DNA from: Octopus sinensis
Lineage: Eukaryota
NCBI RefSeq assembly: GCF_006345805.1
Contig: NC_042999.1
Coordinates: 2,976,001 to 3,040,000, forward strand
Direction of reading: 5' to 3'
Length of the DNA stretch: 64,000 bases
Shown: positions 52,707 to 64,000 of the stretch, piece by piece
Layout: each line of letters begins with the position of its first letter
How positions within the stretch are numbered: position 1 is the stretch's first letter
Program-made: the position numbers and the translations under genes
Notes under the pieces: model-generated
What the model saw: the letters and a program-made list of their open reading frames with translations, nothing else
The model's database searches: none
What the model was told of the DNA's origin: nothing

Positions 52707-55700
52707 TGATTAGCTGTTGCTTAGTTTATAGACGACCCAAAGGATGAAAGGCAAAGTTGACCTCGGTGGAATTTGAACTCAGAAGATAGACAGACTCAAT
52801 GCTGCTAAGCATTTTTCCCGGCATGTAAACGATTCTGCCAACTCATCGATTTTCTTGATAGACAATATTTAAACAAAATTATGATTTGTTGATATCACTG
52901 CGTCCCTAGGATGGCCAAAAGCCAGAATTTAAAAATTGTACAATACTACATAAATCTAGAAAAGATTCACATTAAAGACAGATATTTAAGCTATAAAGTT
53001 GGACAGATTATTTTATTCTTTTTTTTTTTTTTTTGTTTTTTTTTTGCTTCAAATCATCATGCGCCTGCTAGAAATTTTGGTTGATCGTATTCAGCAATGA
53101 TCATCTATGTCCAATCAGATCTATTTATAGAAGTACCTAATCACATGAAACAATTGATCGCCATTTCCATCCATGGTCACCCCGTATTTATTGTGGACAT
53201 ATGAAATTTGGTGAGCAAAGCCTATGATATATATTATGTTCACTGTAGAGCATTTTCAGGGAGAGATCTGGTTACTATTTTAAGCTTATTGTGTAAATTT
53301 CTATAAAGGTTTCCTCAGTGACTGAACGAAATGTTTATTTTTCTTCACCAGGGGCATTTCAGTCTAAAATGAAGTTTACCACCTCTGATACACAGGAAAC
53401 TGAATAATATGCTTGCTGATATTGTGAATGGTTGCCAGGCTGAGTAAAATACCTGGTGTGCACAAGTGAAGCAATATTAAGTTGGATAGCCATCTATTTG
53501 TTGTACATGATGTATATGCATCGTTCACATGTGGTTTTCTTCTTCCAATACTTACTGTTTTATTAATGCAGCATGTCTATAAGATGAAAACCACTGTATC
53601 ATACCTTTCAGTAGTGTATATACTTTAAGTATGGTACATGGATGACTATTTTGAGTTAATGCTGTTTCAGTTGCATACACTGTGGTTTTGTTCAGCTTAG
53701 CAGGCTTTAAGCAATATCAGTGAATCTTTTATTCAATGTTTCCTACATAACAGAATGGAGAGATTTCGTCTGGGCATGTGACACGTGAGAGCACATCATA
53801 TACAAGGCCAATGTAGGCCGAAACGCAAGTGCCGTTTTTGTGAATCACTGATCGGAATATCTTCATTTCATTTCAATATCGAACACAACATGTCAATTGA
53901 GAGATATTCTCTCAGACAAAAACTGCAGCCACTCATCGGTGTATATACGTTAACTATAATAAGTATACGACTATTTTATTTTAATGTTACTTGAACAATT
54001 ACTTTCACCGAATATAATGCTATACTTAAAACTGAGATTGAATCCAAAGCTTATAATATAATCGGTCAGCTATCCAACAAGTTTTTTTCTTTTTTTTTTT
54101 TTTTTCCATTTTTGTATATAAAACGGTATTTCTAATGAAGAACGGTAGCCTATAGAAAACCGAGAGGATATTAAAAATTTTCAAACTATATTTCATGATT
54201 GATTATAGCAAACCATGATTCCAAGTCACAGCACAGTTTTATTAGCAATTCAAGGTAGCAGAGAACAATTTAGCTAAGGTTTATTAGTTTCTTTCATTTA
54301 TTTTCTACAAAATAGTTTTCATTATGTGAGTTATGTCCTGTTGTCTCATTGAATTCAATTTACAAAATTTCCAGCTGAAAGGGTGTTTTCAGAAAATTTG
54401 TAATATCACTGAAGGAGAAATGTCGCTTTATTCATCAGCTTATTACAATATTTCATATCAAAGCTACTATGTATGTATATGTGTTCTCATTAATATTCAT
54501 TACAATATTTTCCAATGAGATAAGAGACGCTTGCTTATTGAGTGACACGGATTCCATTGTTAAAATGTATACAATAAACTGCTTAAATAAATCAGCCACA
54601 GAAATTCTGAAAGTTCTAACAGATTCTCATGATGTGGTATATCTAATGGACTGATTTTATAACATGTGACTTAATCGTACATATTTTAGTTTAAACTCAA
54701 ACATCAACTTTTGTTATATAATTTAAGATGTGTGCTTCGACATCTATAAATCTAAATATATAGGTGAGACTACAAAGACTTATTTGTTTGTGTGTGTGTG
54801 TTAGTGAAGGTGTTTGTCTGATTGGTTAGGGTATTCAGCTCACTATTCTAAAGTCTTGAGTTCGATTCCTGGGCGAACATTGTGTCCTTGAGCAAGACAC
54901 TTTATTTCACATTGCTCCAGTTCACTCAGCTGGTAAAAATGAGTTGTACCTAAATTTTACAGGACCAGCCTTGTCACATTCTGTGTCAGGCTGAATCTAC
55001 ATGAGAACTACATGGACATGTTTGTAGTATTCTCACCCACTTGTATGTTAATTTCACATGCAGGCTGTTCCGTCGAGTGGATCAACTGGGGCCCTCATTG
55101 TCGTAACTGATACAGTGTCTGTGTGTGTCAGTGAAAACGCTAACCAGCAATATTCCAAAGCGATATTGAATTTATTTATGATGACTTCCGATTTAAGCAC
55201 AAGGCCAGAAAATTTGAGGGCTAAGGGATACTTCGATACCACTGACTCTAGTTCTTGATACATACTCATTTTAACAAATCCAGATACATAAAAGGCAAAG
55301 TTGAGCTCAGTAGAATTTGAACTGAGAATGTAAAGAGCCAGAAAAATATTACACGCCATTTTTCTGATGCTCCAAAGAGTCTGCCAGCTCAGTGTATGGT
55401 GGAAGCAATTCATAAAACCCAGGTGAGTCGAGTTATATATAACCAACCCCTCTGTCTCAAAAACATAAAGCACCTGCAGTGGATTCGAACTTACAAACTG
55501 GAAGTTCTTTGGCCTTAATTTAAAAGACAATATCCACTGAGCTTTTATTACCTACACTTAAAGTAGGCAGCAGTGTTATAACTAATTTCATTTAATAACG
55601 ATTTCACATTTATAATCATGAGATAGATTCCCATCCAAATTAGCATCAGCTGATAAGAGTCAAGTTAATTAACTATTAAATATTACATTTAATTGTTAAT

Positions 55701-55950
55701 TATTTTATTAACCTTGGACATACGAAGGTAAAATCTGGTTCTACTGATTCTCATGAATATGTCCTGGAAAAACTGGAATTCTATTAATTTGAGGAAATGA
55801 AATGTGTCTGTGAGTTGTGTGAGAGTATTGGAGAGAAAGAAAGGGTGTGTGTGTGTGTGTGTTTATGCCAGTTGAAAGGGGGAAAAGGGGAGATAGATGT
55901 TGCTCATTATTAGCATCATCAGACAGTCATTAGCCGCATCCTGTCCTTAT

Positions 55951-56018
55951 CATAATCTTTGCTCTCCCTTGGCATTATCACACATGTGTATGATGCCAAG
56001 GGAGAGCAAATGTGTATG
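55951..56018 (+). ncRNA. Pre-miRNA-like hairpin (candidate)
   Basis: 55958-55978 pairs with 55990-56010 (21 bp, one G-U), with an 11-nt loop and a lower cata/tatg stem. I do not recognise it as a conserved miRNA. Confidence 0.3.
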
Positions 56019-56356
56019 TATGTATATATATATATAGTTTATAGATGAGAATCAGACATTCCCCATATGGAATACACTTGGCAGTGCTCAAGAGATTTAA
56101 ACTTAAGCAAGTTAGACAGATCAATATATACAGTATATTGAATACGTGAAATACAAAAGATGTATACATATAAAACGGTCTGACTTACACAAAATAATAT
56201 AGAAGATTAAAGGAGTTGAAGAAAGTTACAATTTTTGTATTTCATGTATTAAATATATTTTATATATCGATCTGTCTAACTTACTTACCCTTACATTTAC
56301 TTATATATCATCATCATCGTTTAATGTCCGCTTTCCATGCTAGCATGGGTTGGACA

Positions 56357-56414
<58 letters not shown>

Positions 56415-56419
56415 GCACA

Positions 56420-57663
56420 CAGAGGGTGCGATAGGTAAATTGTTGCCATTTCTAATTTCGTGCATGAACGTTGTTAGTGTTTGATTTTGTCGTCTACACA
56501 GTATGGTAGGGTCAGTTGGGCACCATCTGTGAGAAAAACAGCACCATGATGCAATTCACTCTGCCGGAAATTTGGAAACGACAAGCTGTACTGTTTGGCA
56601 TTCATGACAGAAGTTCCAATACGAACATTCCTGAGTGTTTGGGTGTCAATCTGAGGACAGTGCAGAGGATTTGGAAAGAGTTGGACGAGTCTACTGGTGA
56701 TTAAGAAGATATGGCAGCTCGGAAAACTCCCTCTGATTGTTCTGATAAAGGAACTCCTGAATTTGTTGGTGAGATCCAGGCCATGATTGACATCAATCCC
56801 TCCAAGTCAGTGAGGTCCATCACCAGGAACACGGGAGGGTCTGAGTTTTTTCTCAGCCAGGTTGTGCATTACAACATTCGGTATTCCTCATAGAAGAAGA
56901 AAAAGGGCCAATTTTTATCCCAAGCCATCAAGGACAAGAGGAAAGACCGTGTCACAAAGCTTTTGAACCAACTCGAGCATCCCCCGCCCAACTGAACATG
57001 CTTTGGCTTTTCTCAGATGCGAAAAATTCCTGCCAGGATCAGATTGTGAACACACAGAAGAACCACTGACTTGCCGTTTTCCCAAAACGTGTAGCGAAAG
57101 TGTCCAGTCAACATCATGGTGTTTGAAGTGACCACTAGTGATGGTGACATGCTTCCATTCATCTATCCCACACGACCTCACACTCAACACAGAGACCTAC
57201 ATTAAGTGCCCTGGGTCAAGTGCCCTGGCTGCTGGAAGACCCTATGTCTGGCAAAAGGACTTTGCACCATGCCACACAAGCAGAAAGACCCAGTCATGGC
57301 TGTCAGACAATTTCTGCGACTACATCACTCCTAACATCTGGTTACCTAACTCACCAGATTCTAACTCCCTTGATTATTATGTGTGGAGCACAGTTGAGCG
57401 AGAGACCAACAAAACTCCTTGTAACACCAAAGATGAACGAAAGGCAAGGATTATGGCAGCATTCACCAACTTAAACAAGGAGACCATCCAGAAGAGTTGC
57501 AGGAGATTCTGAAGTCGTCTGGAGGCCATGGTTGAAGCCAATGTACTCTTTAATATTTCAAGACATTTTTATGCAATTTTGATCAACATATCTGTTAAAA
57601 TGAGATGGCATTGTTATTTTCATTTTTGCGTAATTTAGGCGACAGTTTATTCACCACACCCTG
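56420..57663 (+). mobile_element. DD37D (maT-family) Tc1/mariner transposon, degenerate
   Basis: HTH relic 'CLGVNLRTVQRIWK'; 'WQKDFAPCH...WLPNSPDSNSLDYYVW' has 37 residues between the two Asp. Imperfect 'cagggtg' TIRs. Confidence 0.88.
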
Positions 57664-57728
57664 AATATATACATGTACTAGCAGACATACCCAGCTGATA
57701 CATACTCTACACATACAACTGATTAGAG

Positions 57729-58374
57729 CAGTGGTTCCCAAATTAGGTGGTATTGCCTGTCTGGGGGCAGTGGAAAGTTCCAAGGGTGTGCTGAAGAAAA
57801 GTGGGGTAGCTATTCATGTAAAATGTGGGGTTATAATGGGGTAGTGATTCATGTGTAAAACAACAAAATAATGGGTACAATACTCTTTTACTTGTTTCAG
57901 TCATTTGACTGTGGCCATGCTGGAGCACTGCCTTTAGTTGAGCAAATTGACCCCAGGACTTATTCTTTGTAAGCCTCGTACTTATTCTATCGGTCACTTT
58001 TGCCGAACCGCTAAGTTACAGGGACCTAAACACACCAGCATCGTTTGTCAAGTGATGTTGGGGGGACAAACACACACTAACATATACACATACACACATA
58101 CGACGGGCTTCTTTCAGTTTCCGTCTACAAAATCCACTCACAAGGCTTTGGTCGGCCCAAGTGGGACTGAACCCAGAACCATATGGCTGGTAAGCAAGCT
58201 ACTTACCACACAGCCACTCGCATCATTAGGTTAAGTTTTATTTGTGAAATACAGTTATTTTGAGTTTGCTTCAGAAAGAGGTCTATGTTTGTGATGGTTA
58301 GTTGGGGTGGGAGTGCTAGGTATGTGGTCTGGGTGTCAAGGGGGTGGTAGCCTGAAAAAGTTTGGGAATCACTG
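57729..58374. mobile_element. hAT-type MITE with nested SINE A (57883-58220, -)
   Basis: TIRs 'cagtggttcccaaa' and 'tttgggaatcactg'; perfect 8-bp TSD 'gattagag'. Confidence 0.9.
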
Positions 58375-58612
58375 GATTAGAGGAACAGTGAAATTTTGTA
58401 AAACATATTTTTGCTCCATCTATACCGGATGTCGCTTCTCCCACCACCATTATAGGTGTCTACTCTTCGAACCCCCCTCTTCAATACACTATTTCACCAT
58501 GCATTACCCCTCTCTTGATATCCTACGTTCTACTTGCCTAGAACCTGTCATCATTTCTCTGAACCACCCCTCCCCACTGGTGCTCCCCTATATTTCTACA
58601 CTCCCCCCCCCC

Positions 58613-58858
58613 ACATAAAAAGTACCATCCGAACGTGGCCGATGCCAGACCCCTCTGGCACCTGTGCAGGTGGCACGTAAAAAACACCCACTACACTCGC
58701 GGAGTGGTTGGCGTTAGGAAGGGCATCCAGCTGTAGAAACACTGCCAGACTAGACTGGAGCCTGGGGCAGTCCCTAGCTCCCCAGACCCCGGTCGAAACC
58801 GTCCAACCCGTGCTAGCGCGGAAAACGGACGTTAAACGATGATGATGATGATGATGAT
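58613..58858 (+). mobile_element. Family B copy, CpG-intact variant
   Basis: Ends 'ggacgttaaacgatgatgatgat'. Confidence 0.85.
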
Positions 58859-60609
58859 TTGGGGTACCTGGATGAATACATGTGAACCGTCACATATACA
58901 TATAGGATAAAAACGCAGGCACACACATAGATAGTAATGAAACATACACTTGTGTTCTTTGCAATATACACGCACAGGTGAAAGTTTATCAACAGACATG
59001 TATATACAACATGCTCACATATACGCCTGCATCAACCAATTCATGTAACATCAAATCCCAAGCAAATATATTAAGTATGATACAAAGATAGTTAATTTAA
59101 TACTGGTTAAATTGCATACACTGAGTTTTATTCAGCCCAGCAGCTATTTGCAACATCAGTGAATTGATTTTTCAGTTTCCTTTATATCAGAGTGACAGAT
59201 TTCATCGAGGCATGTGATTAGTCAGTGTACGTGATTGACAAGACCCAAGAAGGTCAAAATGCATCTGCAATTTTTGTGAATCTCTGCTGGAAGGATTTCT
59301 CATCTCGCTCTCATAAATGTCGAGTTGATAACATAGCATGTCTATGAAGAAATTTTCTTTCAGGAGAAGGTCATAGTAGCATGCCTTTCAACGATGTATA
59401 TACTTTTAGCATGATGCATACATGCACACTTCTATTGGAAATAACTGCATGGACTGCACGCTGGGATTTTCTTTGATAGATGGGTATAGAGTGGCTTTGA
59501 TTTGTGTGTGAGTGTGTGTGTGAGAGAGAGATAGAGTGCAGAATATGATGGAGTTTTATGAATATTTTATCTTTTAATGATTGTTTAGTGTGAATGCTTG
59601 ATGTGAATTCTAATTGGAAGAGGCTAAGTGATTCTATTGATCACCATTTCAATTGGAGGATGGGAGAGACAGAGAGAGGGAGAGAGGGAGAGAAAGAGAA
59701 GGATTATTCTATGGAAGTTGGAAATATATAGAGGTCATAGAGAGGTTGACCTTGAAGAATATCTTATTGTTTGGTAGGTGATGGATAATTAATGAAGGTG
59801 AGCTGAGGCATTCAGCAGTCAGGTGTGGTGATGACAGGTGGATTGAAGAAGAGACCTGATAAAAGAAGTGGGTAAAATAATAATAATAATGACAACAACA
59901 GCAACAACAACAATAATAATAATAACAGTGATAGTAATAAATCAATTTTGCAAATAAAAAATAAACATAGATGAATAGACAGGTGTGAATGTAAATAATA
60001 AAAACTAAATCTATGAGAAAATATATGAATATGAGGATGAATAATCAATAATCAATAAATCTAATCATAAAAGAAAAAAAAAATTGAGAAAAAATTAGTA
60101 AAAAATATTGTAGACATGTCGGTGTGTGTGGAGATGAATAAATATCAAAATGTACTAAATAAATATCCTGTAAATTAAAAAAATTGAACTTGGTGGTTGT
60201 TATAATAATAATAATAATCGATCTCTAATTCAAGTGGAGGGTTTCTAGTTGTTTACATGGACCCCAGTGTTCAACTAGTACTTATTTTATCTGTACCAAA
60301 AAGATGAAAGGTAAAGTCGACCTCGGAGGAATTTGAACTCAGAGCCTAGAGAACCATAACTTACAATTGAGATACAGGTGTGAAGAAGTGAATAATGCAA
60401 TAATATATGTTGTAAACCCAATAGTGTTGACAGTGGTAGCGTTAATAAAGCATTGGTAATCTTAGAAGTATGTATTGAAAATCATTTGCCTCTTATGAAT
60501 AGAAAATGAATGACCAAAGCAAGAATGGGCAGTAAAGATACTGCTGAGATATGCAAACTTATAGGGTTCTCCTTTCTATAAATACTGAATATCAGATGTA
60601 ATGAATTGC

Positions 60610-61070
60610 ATCATTATCATTGTTTAACGTCCGCTTTCCATGCTAGCATGGGTTGGACGGTTTGACTGAGGGCTGGCGCACCTGATAGCTGCACCAGGCT
60701 CCAATCTGATCTGACAGAGTTTCTACAGCTGGATGCCCTTCCTAATGCCAACCACTCTGAGGGTGTAGTGGGTGCTTTTGTGTGCCACCGGCATGAGGGC
60801 CAGTCAGGCGGTAGTGGCAACGGCCACGCTCAAATGGTGTTTTTTACGTGCCACCTGCACAGGAGCCAGTCCAGTGGCACTGGCAATGACCTCGCTCGAA
60901 TGTTTTTTCACATGCCACCAGCACAAATGCCAGTAAGGTGACGCTGGTACCGGTCACATTCGAATGGTGCTTTTTACGTGCCACTGGCACAGAAGCCAGT
61001 CAGCTGATCTGGCAATGATGATGTTCGGATAGTGCTCTTAGTGCTCCATTAGCACAGATGCCAGTCATCG
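60610..61070 (-). mobile_element. Family B long copy with ~5 tandem ~63-bp subunits
   Basis: Repeated 'gtgctttttacgtgccac..gcac...gccagt' units at 60772-61068. Confidence 0.85.
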
Positions 61071-61444
61071 AAATGTCAATTATATTGTGATGATGAGTTA
61101 AAAGAAACTCCCGATTGAAACATCTACTAATCACTTATTTCGGCTGCCAAAAGCCTAGGCTAATGAATTATAGTAGCTACCAACTTCTGTATATCTATAT
61201 CTCTGTTGGTGTACACTTGCAATAACTGCATGTATTCTTTTATTTGTTTCATTCATTTGCCTGTGGCCATGCTGCAGCAATGCCTTTAGTCACACAAATC
61301 GACCCCAGGACTTATTCCTTGTAAGCCCAGTACTTATTCTATTGGTTCCATTTGCTGAACCGCTAAGTTATGGGGATGTACACACACCAACATTGGTTAT
61401 CAAGTGATAGTGGTGGAGGACACACAAACATACATACATAAATA

Positions 61445-61490
<46 letters not shown>

Positions 61491-61509
61491 TACACGCACA
61501 ACGGGCTTC

Positions 61510-61930
61510 TTTCAGAAGAAAACACAGAAAATAAAGAGGGAAAAGGGAAAGAAAATTCTGTGACAATGCTCTTCTCAGTACATATGACATACCAGTTAAG
61601 ACAATTTTCTGCACTCCCTGCATGGATCATTTTTAAATAATCTTCAGTTCCTTTTATGATCATTCCAACTGTTCCTACAATCACTGGTATTGTAACCATT
61701 TTGAGATGCCACATCTTTTCGATTTCGATCAGCAAATCTTTATATTTTTCGAGCCTTCCAAATTCTTTTGCCAAGATATTATGGTCACGGGGTATGCTGA
61801 TGCTGATCAGTAAACAGACTTTATTGTTTTGGTCTTTCACAACAATATCTGGTTTAGTTGTTTTGATGGTCCGGTCTGAACATACTGGAAAACCCCAAGG
61901 AATCGTTATATTTTCTCCCTCAGTTACAGC
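61510..61930 (-). mobile_element. R4/Dong-like RLE LINE fragment
   Basis: 'KPDIVVKDQNNKVCLLISISIPRD...KE...LEKYKDLLIEIEKMWHLK..TIPVIVG'. Confidence 0.85.
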
Positions 61931-62809
61931 CTCGTTGTTGTTGTTGTTGTGAGGCAGTGTGCTGGCAGTATCATTAGCATGTCAGACAAAATGACTAGCA
62001 GCGTTTCTCTCAGCTTTTACATTCCGGTCGACTGCACCATTCATTCTTTGTGGGTAAGTAAGATTAGTACCAGTTGAGTATCTGAGAAGATGTAATAGAC
62101 TTGGCCATTTACCTAGAGTACAACGGATTCTTATTATGTTTTGCTTTAATTTATGAGAATTACACCCAAGTCTCAACCACAGCCATCAAAGAACAAGATT
62201 TTACATTTGAAACTGCTAAGAAGGAGCAAGTTGCCATGCGATTGAAAACACTGTCTGCAGGAGGAAGAGTTTTTTTTTTTCAAACTTTTAATCTGTGTGT
62301 TTATCACAATCACTTGCTGAGACACACCAAGCATCCTGAGGTGAGTGAAGGATGTGAAGTTACAATTTGACTGAAAGCTTCATTATTATTATTATTATTG
62401 GTTGAGAGAGCAGCGCATGCTATTAAAGTGACACTGGGGTACAAGCCCAATATACCATCATGACTACCCTTTTGATAAGGACACATGCATTGCAACCATA
62501 TGTGCATGACATGGTGATCTCATATCTAGGTAAATGGCACATGACCTTGCAGGTGGCGACCAGTTAGAATTCTCTTCAGATCGAGTAGCCAATCCTGCTC
62601 AAAAGGTCCCTGAATAAGGCTTCTTTAAGGATGTTGAATGAAACACCAATGTTTAAAGAGGTGAATTATCCAAACCCCAAAGAATTCTTCTCAGCACATG
62701 GCTATGATGTTCCCCAACTACTTCTGCTCGTGATCAGTTAAGATGAAAAACCATGAGAGTCAATGCCTGGTATTGCATCAGAGCATTATCATCATCATCA
62801 TTTTCGTTA

Positions 62810-63210
62810 GGGTGGAGAGCTGGCAGAATCGTTAGCACACCAGGCGAAATGCTTAGCGGTATTTTGCCTGTTGCTACATTCTGAGTTCAAATTCCACCAA
62901 GGTCGACTTTGTCTTTCATCCTTTTGGGGTCGATAAATTGAGTACCAGTTATGCACTGGGGTCGATATAATCGACTTAATCCGTTGTCTGTCTTTGTTTG
63001 TCCTCTCTGTGTTTAGCCCCTTGTGGGTAGTAAAGAAATAGGTATTTTGCCTGTTGCTATGTTACGAGTTCAAATTCCACTGAGGTTGACTTTGCTTTTC
63101 ATCCTTTCAGCATTGATAAATTAATTACCAGTGAAACCCTGGGGGTTGATGTAATCGACTAGTTCCCTCCTCCAAAATTTCAGGCTTTATGCATTGAGTA
63201 GACAGGATTA
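62810..63210 (+). mobile_element. SINE family D, partly dimeric
   Basis: tRNA-like head plus 'gtcgactttg.ctttcatcctttt.ggggtcgataaa..gagtaccag', which from memory resembles the Meta/MESC SINE domain. Other copies near 26005, 26460, 34490, 35970, 41270, 44265, 52420, 55185 and 60225. Confidence 0.75.
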
Positions 63211-63454
63211 TTATAACTAGACTATTTCTCAGAGATCTTGAGCTTATTTGCTCTGCTTAATTCCGTAAGATCAGAGTGCAACCTGTTGTCAATGGTCTCA
63301 CTGAGTCTCTTTCCACTTAGGTGTTGAGTATCATGGAAGATACCTAACACACCAGTACCAATCTCAAAATGCTTGCTGTTCCCAATACAGCAGTTTCTTG
63401 AGCATGTTCTACCCTACTGTCCTCAATAAAGCAGTATTTTGAGCATGTTGTTGC

Positions 63455-63496
<42 letters not shown>

Positions 63497-63500
<4 letters not shown>

Positions 63501-63840
63501 TAGTCTTAATTTTTTTTATGTGCTTTCACTTCACTACCGAGCGCAGCTCTGTGTGCCTTGGGTATGTGTTGTGGTTTGCTGTGATGCTCTTATTTTCACT
63601 GTATGAAAAGTGTTTTTACTTAGGATGTGTGCAGTGCCCAGTAGTGCTATTTTCTGTATGTTATATGTGTTTGTAAGTCCAGGTGCTTTTGTTATGTATT
63701 TGTCCGAATATTTTTTTATCATGCCTAATGCACCTACTATGATAGGAATTGTTTCTGTTTTTAGATTCCACATTCTGGTTACCTCTATTTGCAGTTCTTT
63801 GTATTTTGAAAGTTTCTCCATTTCTTTTAGAGAAACGTTG
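63497..63840 (-). mobile_element. R4/Dong-like LINE 3' end at a (TAA)n array
   Basis: ORF 63534-63821 'EKLSKYKELQIEVTRMWNLKTETIPIIVGALGMIKK...IQKIALLGTAHIL'; the 3' end runs into (TAA)n. Confidence 0.88.
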
Positions 63841-64000
63841 TCAACTGTGACGCTGAGCTACAATTTTATTATTATTATTATTATCATCATCATCAGCTGT
63901 ATTATTATTATTATTATTTTAACCACCAAGTCCCATTTTTTATTCATAGGATATTTTTACATTTTTATATTTATTCATCTTCACCTCTCATCTCCACACA

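Noticed and set aside
53605-53741. Minus-strand exon-like segment (tag|...aag|gtatg)
   Set aside because: All three frames are closed within the first codons.
60772-61068. Repeat-spacer appearance suggesting a CRISPR array
   Set aside because: The units are diverged along their whole length, lie inside a retroelement tail, the context is eukaryotic and there are no cas genes.
62400-62790. Possible additional non-LTR element 3' end next to (ATT)n
   Set aside because: No convincing protein motif and only one copy in the window; left unclassified.

Overview
AT-rich, extremely repeat-dense eukaryotic DNA. The SINE/LINE families and microsatellite load look like an octopus (coleoid cephalopod) genome; this is recognition by eye, not a search result. 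I could not identify any intact host protein-coding gene, rRNA, tRNA gene or CRISPR array, and most ORFs in the track are microsatellite or SINE translations. The window holds tRNA-derived SINE families, LINE fragments (RTE, R4/Dong-like, Tx1/L1-like, CR1-like), Penelope-like remnants, mariner and DD37D (maT) transposons, MITEs, a Helitron and long simple repeats. The most notable observations are: (i) hammerhead-ribozyme-like motifs with a non-canonical core in several unrelated Penelope-type fold-back repeats; (ii) a young RTE LINE with a clean twin-priming-type 5' inversion and a perfect 16-bp TSD; (iii) R4/Dong-like elements repeatedly associated with (TAA)n arrays, one flanked by a ~100-bp duplication; (iv) tandem pseudoknot-like modules in the RTE 3' tail; (v) a pre-miRNA-like hairpin; (vi) an ORF1-only L1/Tx1-like element sharing its 3' tail with a SINE; (vii) a few weak minus-strand exon candidates. 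Boundaries of degenerate repeats are approximate.
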